Of a stretch of 64,000 nt of DNA, positions 53,415 through 64,000 are shown one piece after another. The stretch spans positions 21,762,001 to 21,826,000 of the forward strand of contig NC_043008.1 in the NCBI RefSeq assembly GCF_006345805.1. Reading direction: 5' to 3'. Origin of the DNA: Octopus sinensis. Lineage: Eukaryota. The notes beneath the pieces are model-generated. The model did not search any database, was not told where the DNA came from, and saw only the letters and a program-made list of their open reading frames with translations. The position numbers and the translations under genes were made by a program. Each line of letters opens with the position of its first letter. Position 1 is the stretch's first letter.

Positions 53415-53690
53415 TTTAGCTCTTTTATTTGTTTATTTGTTTCAGTCATTTGACTGCGGCCATGCTGGAGCACAGCCTTTTAGTCGAACAAATCAACCCC
53501 AGGACTTATTCCTTGTAAGCCGAGTACTTATTCTATCGGTCTCTTTTGCCGAACCAATAAGTCATGAGGACGTAGACACGCCAACATCGGTTGCCAAGTG
53601 ATGGTGGTGGACAAACACACATACACACAAACACACAAACACACCCACCAACCCACCCACATACCCTGCCATACACACACACAAATATAC

Positions 53691-53723
<33 letters not shown>

Positions 53724-53852
53724 ATATATAATTATATATATATACGAAGGGCTTCTTTCAGTTTCCGTCTACCAAATCAACTCACAAGGCTTTCGTCGAG
53801 GCTATAGTAGAAAACGTGGTTGATAAGCAAGCTGCTTACCAAACAGCCACTC
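53415..53852 (-). mobile_element. SINE family B with expanded internal microsatellite and a deletion
   Basis: Reverse complement of the B consensus. Confidence 0.85.
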
Positions 53853-54283
53853 CACAAAAAGGTATAAAATATTCTATCAAGTGACAAGAATCTTCCCTGT
53901 GTTTCTAATAATTCCTTGCTTCAAGAGAGTCAAGATGTGCGACTAATTGGTTACGGTATTCAGGTAATAAACAAGTCATAACCTTAATCGTGGGGTCGTA
54001 AGTTTGACTAATTGCGGTGCATTGAGCAAGTCACTTTTCTTCACATTGTTCCAGTCCACTCGGCTGGCAAAAATGGATAGTACCTATATTTCAAAGAGCC
54101 GACCTTGACATATTCTGTATCACGCTGAATCTCCTTGAGAACTACGTGAAGAGCACGCATATCTGTGGAATGCTCAGCCATATACACATTAATTTCACGA
54201 ATAGGCTGTTCTGTTGATAGGGTCAACTGGAATCCTTGTCGTCGTAACTGATGCAATGCTAGTTTATGCTTCAAGACACCAAT

Positions 54284-54334
<51 letters not shown>

Positions 54335-54891
54335 ATATATATATATATATACGAAGGGCTTCTTTCAGTTTCCGTCTACCAAATCAACTCACAAGGCTTT
54401 CGTCGAGGCTATAGTAGAAAACGTGGTTGATAAGCAAGCTGCTTACCAAACAGCCACTCCAACAAAAAGGTATAAAATATTCTATCAAGTGACAAGAATC
54501 TTCCCTGTGTTTCTAATAATTCCTTGCTTCAAGAGAGTCAAGATGTGCGACTAATTGGTTACGGTATTCAGGTAATAAACAAGTCATAACCTTAATCGTG
54601 GGGTCGTAAGTTTGACTAATTGCGGTGCATTGAGCAAGTCACTTTTCTTCACATTGTTCCAGTCCACTCGGCTGGCAAAAATGGATAGTACCTATATTTC
54701 AAAGAGCCGACCTTGACATATTCTGTATCACGCTGAATCTCCTTGAGAACTACGTGAAGGGCACGCATATCTGTGGAATGCTCAGCCATATACACATTAA
54801 TTTCACGAATAGGCTGTTCTGTCGATAGGGTCAACTGGAATCCTTGTCGTCGTAACTGATGCAATGCTAGTTTATGCTTCAAGACACCAAT

Positions 54892-54895
<4 letters not shown>
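53745..54895. repeat. Tandem duplication of a ~543-bp unit (53745-54287 and 54352-54895) bounded by (TA)n
   Basis: Only three differences seen by eye (one 1-nt indel, two substitutions); each unit holds part of SINE B and an old SINE. Confidence 0.95.
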
Positions 54896-54935
<40 letters not shown>

Positions 54936-54936
54936 C

Positions 54937-54975
<39 letters not shown>

Positions 54976-54989
54976 CATATATATATATG

Positions 54990-55554
54990 TTGAGCTTTCC
55001 AGAAAGTTCGTGCCGATTTTTAAAGGAAAGAAAAAGGTCAATAAATACTTGCCATTACGTTTTTAATCAACCAAATGAACCATTTTGTTGCACAATGCGT
55101 CTCCATTTTTTCCTTTAACTTGAAAATATCCTCTTCCCAGAAGTGAGGTGGTTTCATGGCAAATAATTCATTAAGGTATCTTTTTACGTCATCCAAGGAA
55201 TCGAAATTTTTACCATTAAGACTATTCTGCAGAGACCTGAATAAATGGAAATCCGAAGGAGCAATATCTGGTGAATATGGTGGGCGGGGTAATACATCCC
55301 AGCCGAGCTGCGGCAATTTTTGTCCGGTTCCCAAAGCATCAAGTGCCAAAAATGAACTTTTTTATCTTCCATTTTAAAGGGTTACAGAATTAACACGGGT
55401 TATAGGAACATAAACCTTCTTCCCCGAAAAGATAGCTTAAACTATGCTCTAAATGAAGGTGTAGTCAAATCCTATTTTATGGACTCAACCATGTTCTAAA
55501 ATAAGTCGACAGGTAAGCTACTATAAATCGGCACGAACATTCCGGACAACCCAA
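54990..55554 (-). mobile_element. Internally deleted mariner transposon
   Basis: ~30-bp TIRs ttg(a/g)g..tcc(a/g)gaa(a/t)gttcgtgccgattt; transposase start MEDKKVHFWHLML fused to C-terminal WDVLPRPPYSPDIAPSDFHLF (mariner YSPDLAP motif). Confidence 0.92.
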
Positions 55555-55568
55555 TATATATATATATA

Positions 55569-56078
55569 TCTATATATATAAAACTGTAGTTGTGTGAGTG
55601 TCTGTCCCCTTCGATTTAGATTCCTAACTACTCCCACATTTTGCGGTGCAGTTTAACCAAATTCGGGTATCTTATAGTCGTGATTCATATCGAGCCCGTC
55701 TGAGTATTAGCGCGCATCTACGATGAGTCTACGATTTTAAAAATAATTTAACATCATTTTTTATTCCATTTTAATGCATAATTTTTCGTGTGTCGATGGC
55801 GGCGGAGTTGGCGTCCATGGTCACACCTGCACCTGTTTGCTTCCCCTTCTTCCCTCCCTCGTGAAGCTGTGGGGAAGGGAGTGTAAAGAAATCAACGTCG
55901 TAAAGCGTTGTCAAGGAGACCAGCGTTCTTTTAGAACAACGACTTCATGGCTTGAAGACACCAAAACAGAAATGGCTAAGAAAGCCCGAATTGGCATCTA
56001 TAAGGGAAGTAACTCTCTAAAAATGCTTATATAGTTATTTCCCTTACAAACCCGAGCAACGCCGGGCGATACTGCTAG
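55569..56078 (+). mobile_element. Non-autonomous Helitron
   Basis: A|TCtatatatataaaac ... cccgagcaacgccggg hairpin ... CTAG|T. Confidence 0.88.
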
Positions 56079-56466
56079 TAGATATATAATATATAACGTT
56101 GAATTACGTAATATGGAAATAGTGAAACATGGATGTGAATAATCCATATTTTTATTGCTTTTCTTTTGTCTTGTTCGATTACAGTTTGGTTATTTTGCTG
56201 AATTTATTTCTTGAGAACATTGCTTAGTGGTAAAACCATAGCGAATCTACTTCTAGCATAAGGGCATCCACATAGTGGTTTCCCTCTCAGATGTGTATAT
56301 ATATATATATATATATTATATATAATATATAAATTTTATTTCATTTTATTATTTTATTTTATTTTATTTGAGAACATAATCTTTGTGGAGAATGGCGATT
56401 TGACGTCTATATCTAGCATGTTGACTGTCCACTTTTCCTGTTCAGTCCTTAATTGGTATATATATA

Positions 56467-56505
<39 letters not shown>

Positions 56506-58989
56506 CTAGATTCCATTGTTTTCAAGAATTTCGGTTTAAAATATTTCCTTCCCTTTCCTCGAGAGAAGTTCGGTTCTTTCATCATTTGACAGCGCATGGA
56601 AGTTGTTCTATGAACATTCACTACTGTTTACAATCAAGAAATTATTGCTGTTGTTGTTGTGGTGGCTGATGTCACTATTGTCTTTCCATGGAACTCCCAC
56701 TTCCTGATGTCTTTGTTAAATAAACTACTAATTACGTTGGTTGCATTTTCAATTAATAAAGAGATTTTATATCTAAACAGAACGTTACCATTATCTCAGT
56801 ATACATTGGAAGTTGCTTCCGTTTCCTTTGAATTTTGTACATGGCTGTGTTTGGTGATTTGAGTGGCGTTGGGTGGAGGATATGCGTACGCATGCATGCA
56901 TGTATGTATGTAGGTAGGTAGGTAGGTATGTAGGTATGTGTGTATATGTATGTGTGTGTTTATGAACGTAGGTGTTTGTGTAGGGTGCATTGGGAGTTGT
57001 GAGTGGAGGATTACATAGGGCGGGGTTTGTGAGTGGGGAAGAATATTTTGAGTTTGCATTGGAGGGGGCATATGTATGAGGGGTATAAGGTTGTGTATGG
57101 GGAGTTTTGTGGGGATTATGTGTGGGGGAAGGTTATGAAGTTATTTTGTGTGTGTGTGTGTTTATGTGCATCCGTACTGTTTACCTTCAGGCTCACCTAA
57201 AGCAATCAGACCTGATTAAAAGCAGTCCAATCCAACCATGACCACCCTGTACATTTTGGGGATTATATCACGGAGTACTTAACCTAAACTGTCCTTCCTA
57301 TTCTTGGACGGTGGAATGAGACTTTATATAAATAAGCTGCTACTTCTAGGCTCCCTTGTTTTGGGCACAAAGCCATAGATTTTAACTCTTACAATATGTC
57401 AGTGTTAGAAGTAAGGTTCAATCACTTGAGGGAGTCTCTATGGGGTCTTTCAACCTAAAAGAAATAGCAGTTAAATTTCCTATAATTCCTACGCTGTCGT
57501 CTTACAACAAGAAGGACATATTGAAAAATATTGACTAGAAAAAAAAACTGGATAGGCACAGATGGAATTCCTTTTATCATTGGTTTGCTTAGCCATAACT
57601 AACCTGGGGTTAAACAACAGGTACAGCAATTTATCCCAACAAACAGTTAAAAACCATAAGATAATTATTTATATCAGTAATTCTCGACATGGGAAGTAGT
57701 GCTTAGCCTGAGGAATAGTGAAAGTGTTTTCAGCCAGTATTTATCAAGGTGGGGTGTGGCAATTGGTAGTGGGCGTGGTTTATTTCGGAATGGAGCGTCA
57801 GCAACAAGTGAATAAAACTTGTACAAAAGTTTTGACTAAAACTTATTTAAAATATATAGATGCCATGTTCTAACACTATCTGGTAATGCTGGAGCGTAGG
57901 GCCGTTGTTTTCTTGTGGGGCTGGGGAGTAGGAGAAGGAAATCTAAGCGAGATGGGGGTACATATGCGGCTGAAAAAATCACTGGCCGGGAAGAGAATGT
58001 GGGAAGGCAGGAAAGGGTTGGCTGGTCGCAGACACAGAAGGAATTCCATGGCAGGGCGAAGGTACAGATTTGCGGAGCGAGGGAGCTAAAGGGACACGTT
58101 AAGACCAAGTGGTAGCAGAAACTAAGCACGACAGATAGACATCAGGATATGATGACAGCAAGCAAACAAGAACGGGGTGGTAGGAAAGGTTAAGCAGAAT
58201 GTATAGCAAAAGAGACACGTACCTGGGGCCAAAAACAGGATTTCAGTACGGTGAAGTGCCAACAGGGACAAACTATGGCAGATGAGTGGGTTTCAATGAC
58301 ATGAGGTGAACATTTTTTTGGCTCTAATTGGTAACTTTGAGACATGTCTAAATGTATGTAAGAGAACAGATATTTTAAATACCATGTGACGTCAATGCAG
58401 GATGCAGAAAATGAAAATAAAATCAATTGACCAAGCAGAGGATTGCTAAGGATCAGTAACTTCCGTTGTGTAAAAAAATTCATAGATTTTTAAAATATAT
58501 ATTTAGTAATCGTATTTTATTGAATTAGTCCAACAGGATTGATTTAAACAAAACTGCATCCAGCTAGAGGGATGCGTGTTCATACAACGGCTCTCGCATA
58601 GCAGTGAATGAGATATAATTCCCTTTTCAAAGAATTAAGCGAAACTACGTTTAAGGATCTCTTTACCAATTAGTTAGGGAGAGAAGAAAGTACCCATGAT
58701 TTTTGTTTGTTTTTTTCTTAATGCTTTGAAGAATGGAAGAGAGGAAGTTGTCTCTAAATAGGAAACCTAGTTCGAACGCTTGCAACAGAATAAATCTCGC
58801 TAAATATGTTCAAGGATCAGGTAGTGGTGTGAAACCGAGCAACAAATTAAATCTTCCACCCAAGAACACAGAACGCAAAGAGCCGGTACAGATAATATAA
58901 GACACCTCGTGCGACACTGAAAACTCCGCCAATTCCTGGCAGGAATTGAACCCTGAACTTTTTTAACTCAGTAAGTTTATGCATGTATG

Positions 58990-59420
58990 AGGCTGGCAGA
59001 ATGGATACCACGCCGGGGGAATGTGCTTAGCAGTATTAATCTGTATTTACATTTTGAGTTCAAATTCTGCCAAGGTAGTCTTTGCACTTTACCCTTTCGG
59101 GGTCGTCAAAATACATATCTTTTTCTACTCTAGGCATAATGCCCGAAATTTTGGGGGAGGAGACCAGTCGATTAGATCGATCCCAGTACGCAACTGGTAC
59201 TTAATTTATCGACCCCGAAAGAATGAAAGCAAAGTCGACCTCGGTGGAATTTGAATTCAGAGCGTAAAGACATATGAAATACCGCTAAGCATTTCGCTCC
59301 GCGAGCAAACATTTCTGCCAACTTGTCAACAAAATATGTATCACTTGAGCACTGGGGTCAATACAATCGACGTAATCCCTTCCTCCGAAATTGTTGGCCT
59401 TGTACCAAAATTTGGAACCA
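58990..59420. mobile_element. Old plus-strand A-type SINE with a minus-strand A-type copy nested at about 59119-59325
   Basis: Two opposed cores; imperfect TSD aaaata(ca/tg)tatc. Confidence 0.8.
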
Positions 59421-60206
59421 TAATATTATGCCTGTATGCGCAAAAGTCAATATTAATTGTGGTTTTGTTGATGTGCAATTCAGGGAAGACTGATTATTTA
59501 AAAGAACCATCTCAATTTAAGTATTTCAGGAGACCGTGCGCAAGATTCAAAAACTTCCAGATAGGTAACAGAAAAAAACACTGTAAACCTATCTTAACAG
59601 AATTAGATAGAAACAGGAAACCGAGATTTAAAGTTTAGCGAGCAACGACTTGGGAACTGAGAAAATATCGATTGGTACCATTTCTCCGAGATCTTAATGT
59701 TCTCTGTTAAACGCTATATCATTACATTGAAAAAATTACATTGAAAAATATTTTTCAGATAATTGGCACAACGAAACTTGTTATGAATATTTTTATTGCA
59801 TTAACCATGTAATAAATGTAATGAGCGATATCTGCACAGCTACTTATTACACATTTAATGTGGGCTCCCATAGTAAAATAGTAAAATGTTGATGTTTATG
59901 CGAGAAGTTTTGTTGTTCAGTCTTGTAAAATTCCATAGCATGTGGCAGTAACTCAATTTTCACCGCAATTAAACAATTCCACATTGATAAACAATTCGAT
60001 CTTCAAAAAAAATAATAATGTTTGTCTCAAGAAATATTCTTGTCATGTTTGGAAAACATAGAAGTGTTACGGTATTATGGAAAGGAAAAAAATGTTCTCC
60101 GTTTCAAAAACAACCGATTAATTCAACTGATAGAACTAAATAAACATATCTTATGTCTAGGACAATGTTTTTAACACCATTGTTTTTTTGGCGTTTTTTT
60201 TTACTA

Positions 60207-60606
60207 TAGGCGCAGGCATGGCTATGTGACAAGAAGTTTGCTTCCCACCCATATGGTTCTAGGTTCAGTCCCACTGTGTGACACCTTGGGCAAGTATCTT
60301 CTACTATAGCCTCGAGCCAACCAAAGCCTTGTGAGCGGATTTGGCAGACGGAAACTGAAAGAAGACCGTCGTATATATTGTGTGAGTGTGTGTGTGTATT
60401 TGTGTGTCTGTGTTTGTCCCCCACCATTGCTTGACAACGGATGTTGGTGTGCCTACGTCACCGTAACTTAGCGGTTCGGCAAAAGAGACCGATAGAATAA
60501 GTACTAGGCTTACAAAGAATAAGTTCTGGCGTCGATTTGTTCGACTAAAGGCGGTGCTCCAGCATGGCCGCAGTCGAATGATTGAAACAAATAAAAGAAT
60601 AAAAGA
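60207..60606 (+). mobile_element. SINE family B, full length
   Basis: taggcgcaggcatggctatgtg...aataaaagaataaaaga. Confidence 0.92.
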
Positions 60607-60654
<48 letters not shown>

Positions 60655-60699
60655 CATAAGGCGTAACGAGACTGATAGAATGAGTGCCAAACCTTACAA

Positions 60700-60752
<53 letters not shown>

Positions 60753-60754
<2 letters not shown>

Positions 60755-61256
60755 TAGGCACACACCAGAAAAGGTCACAGAAAACGAGAAAGCAACCATA
60801 CTCTGGGATATGCCGATACACACAGATAGAGAAATTAAGGCCAACAGACCAGATATAGTTGTCAGAGATCATGAAGAAAAAAATGCTTTCTAATTGATGT
60901 ATCAATACCGGCAGATGATAACGTGTCTCTAAAAGAAATGGAGAAACTCTCAAAATACAAAGACCTGGAAATAGAGGTAACTAGAATGTGGAACCTGAAA
61001 ACAGAAACAATTCCTATCATAGTAGGTGCATTAGGCATGATAAAAAAATATTCAGACAAATACATAACAAAAACACCAGGACTTACAAACACATATAACA
61101 TACAGAAAATTGCACTACTAGGCACTGCACACATCCTACGCAGAACACTTTCCATACAATAACCATCAGAGCATCACAACAAATCACAGCACATACCCAA
61201 GGCACACAGAACTGCGCTCGGTAGTGAAGTGAAAGCACGCTATAAAAATAAAACTA

Positions 61257-61260
<4 letters not shown>
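60753..61260 (+). mobile_element. 5'-truncated Dong-like LINE in (TAA)n
   Basis: Highly similar to 43560-44068; RLE domain through the 3' UTR; (TAA)n on both sides. Confidence 0.92.
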
Positions 61261-61318
<58 letters not shown>

Positions 61319-61689
61319 GTACTTGGTTCGATTTGTTCGACTAAAATTCTCGAAGATGGTGCCCCAGTATGGCCGCAGTCCAATAAAGAAGTAAAAGATA
61401 AAACATTGAAACAGTTGCGGGGGCAAATTTGCTTTGTATCCTTTCAGGGTCCATTAATAGTATCAGTCCTGGACTGGTGGCTGGTGTGACTGTGTGAACG
61501 TTGGACCAGTGGTGCCTCACGGCACAAGATTCGGTTCTTTGCGTTTTGAGTTAAAATCCGGCCGTAGTAGCCAACCTCAGTGATAGGTTTAATCCTTCGT
61601 CCTGTTTAAAAACCACCACCTGTCATCTTAGATGCCTTTAGCAGACTCCACCCCGTTGCAAGAATTTAGTCCAAGTCTCAGGCTCGGGG

Positions 61690-63060
61690 ATATCTTCTTA
61701 CTCGCCCGTCAGTCTCGGAGGCCCTGGAAACGGTCATGGTTACTAACTTCACTTCTGAATAGAAATTAGAAACAAATTAAGTAGGATGTACAACAAGCAT
61801 AGCCGTGTCGTTAAGAAGATCACTATGGAGTCACGTGGTTTTCCGTCCAGTCCCACTCTACGGTAACTTGGGCAAGTCTGCGAGATTGACAAGTTGTGCT
61901 TGGGCACCGCCAAGTGACATGATTTTTGGTCTTTCCAGCTCTGATGTGCAGACTTGCTTTTGCACCCAAGCTGAAAAGGTTGTCTGTCATGAACTGCAGT
62001 GTATCTCTATCGGAGTTTAGGAACACAAAGCAGGCTTCAAAATCCAAATCTGTCAGCCTGTGCCGGCCAAACTTTATTCCAAAACTGGTACTATCCATTG
62101 CTTTCCACATGAATGAAGCCAATCACCACCAGGAACAGAATCAGTGACAATATGTAACCCTGTTTCACTGCGCTACCAATTTCCAACTCATCAGTGATTC
62201 CTCTGTTCATCCTCACGCATCACTGTAAGTTCCAATACAGAGATTTAAAAATGTTAATACATCTGCTCGGGACAACAGAGATTCTCAAGATATTCCGTAT
62301 TGTATACTCTTTCTCTCTCTTTTACTTTTTTACTTCTTTCAGTCGTTTGACTGTGGCCATGCTGGAGCACCGCCTTTAGTCGAGCAAATTGACCCCAGAG
62401 CTTGTTCTTCGTAAGCCTGGTACTTATTCTATCAGTATCTTTTGCCGAACCGCTAAGTTACGGGGACGTAAACACACCAGCATCGGTTGTCAAGCGATGT
62501 TGGGGGAACGAACGCAAACACACAAACATATACACATACACATACATATATATATATGCATATATACGACAGGCTTCTTTCAGTTTCTGTCTACCAAATC
62601 CACTCACAATGCTTTGGTCGGCCCGAGGCTATAGTATAAGACACTTGCCCAAGGTGCAACGCAGTGGGACTGAACCCGGAACCATGTGGTTCATAAGCAA
62701 GCTACTTACCACACAGCCACTCCTACGCCTGTATTCCAATGAACACAGTTAAATGCTTTATTAAAGTCGATGAAATTAACAAGCAGCTGCTCTCTACATT
62801 CTCTGCTTTGTTCGATTTTCTTCCGCAATACAAAGATCTGTTCCACACTTGACCTACTACTCGAAAAATCTACCTGCTTTTCTCTCAACACAGTATCAAT
62901 CTCCTTCTTTAATCTATTCCGTAGGACAATGCAAAGAACTTTGCCAGGCACGAATAATGTCACGTAGTGTAAATGCCACGGCAGTTGTTACAATCCGCCA
63001 AATTACCTTTTTGTGGTAGTGAGACCACCACTTCATTCCTTCACTCACCGGTTATTATAA
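61690..63060 (-). mobile_element. RTE-clade LINE RT remnant interrupted by SINE B (62305-62730, minus)
   Basis: VPGKVLCIVLRNRL..LREKQVDF..QIFVLRKKIEQ..FIDFNKAFNCVHWN, then after the SINE VKQGYILSLILF..LTDLDF. Confidence 0.85.
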
Positions 63061-63779
63061 CACATTATAAGAACCAGATTTAAAATAACAACTGGAGTTG
63101 CTTTGATTGAGTAAACCCTCCAAGGCCATACCTTATTACGGCAAAGTCTCAACACCCCAACAAGCGAAACGAATACAAATAGAAATGATTGAAATAAACT
63201 GCGTTATTCATCGAAGTTGTTCTACTTTATTTCAGGTTTTCAAGTACTTTTAAAAACTAAACTTAGAAACTGATATCGAAATATATAAAGCGCATTTTTC
63301 ACTTTGGGGAAAAAATTAATCAGCATTAGATATGGAAGTTAAAAACCGATACTGCTACTCTGAAGTCTGTAGAGAGAACATAGAGCTATGCAGATACACT
63401 TAGAGTGAACGGAAAAATTAGTTTGCACTGCAATGATAAATGTTGTTGTTGTTGTTATTGAATATAGAGAAAATTCGGTGTCTGGTGTGTAGGTAGGAAA
63501 ATTTCAAAATCATTATGTGCAGTTTCTGTTACGAAGAAGAAAAAAAAAGACACAAATAGATAAAGGGGAAAATAACAATGATTGCAGAGTGTAAAAAGTT
63601 TAAAATTTGTTGAACTAAGAAAGAAAAAACAAAAAAATGCTGGAACAAACTTGAAAATCAAAAAATAACAAATAGAATCCATTAAGTTGAAAAAAGAAAC
63701 GAAATCAGAGATAAAAATTGATTTAAAAAATAGTTTTAAACTTGGATATTCCCATTTAAGTTCTTCGTACATGATGTTT

Positions 63780-64000
63780 TTATAAGTATGTATGCATGCA
63801 TGCATACATGTATGTAAGTAGGCATGTATATATATTTGAATGTATATACATACATATATGCATAATATATATATATATATATGTGCATATATATACATAT
63901 ATATACATACATACATATATATATATGCATATATATATACATATATATACATACATATATATACATATATATATATATGAATGTATATACATACATACGT
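63780..64000. repeat. (TA)n/(TACA)n low-complexity tract
   Basis: Direct. Confidence 0.9.

Noticed and set aside
54041-55041. Two identical ORF translations (KHKLALHQ...)
   Set aside because: Antisense reading of an old SINE within the tandem duplication.

Overview
AT-rich, microsatellite-dense eukaryotic non-coding DNA (intronic or intergenic). The repeat families resemble those I recall from octopus/coleoid genomes; this taxonomic call is an inference. I found no intact host protein-coding exon. Nearly all ORF-track entries are translated microsatellites, SINE bodies or decayed transposon ORFs. The window contains: dozens of tRNA-derived SINEs of at least 5 families, often nested; 5'-truncated R4/Dong-type LINEs in (TAA)n tracts; Tx1/L1, CR1-like and RTE LINE remnants; three Helitrons; an internally deleted mariner; two MITEs; a 608-bp tandem duplication; and a 100-N gap. 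The most interesting signal is a set of unrelated short non-coding elements carrying type I hammerhead-ribozyme folds, often with Penelope-like 5' inversions and often inside (TA)n tracts. These include a 495-nt retrozyme-like unit bounded by two hammerheads (51051-51884), a tRNA-headed element with a minimal hammerhead and a 10-bp TSD (20655-20941), and two families with the compensatory U3-A8 core. All folds were derived by eye, boundaries of decayed elements are approximate, and cleavage activity and novelty are untested.
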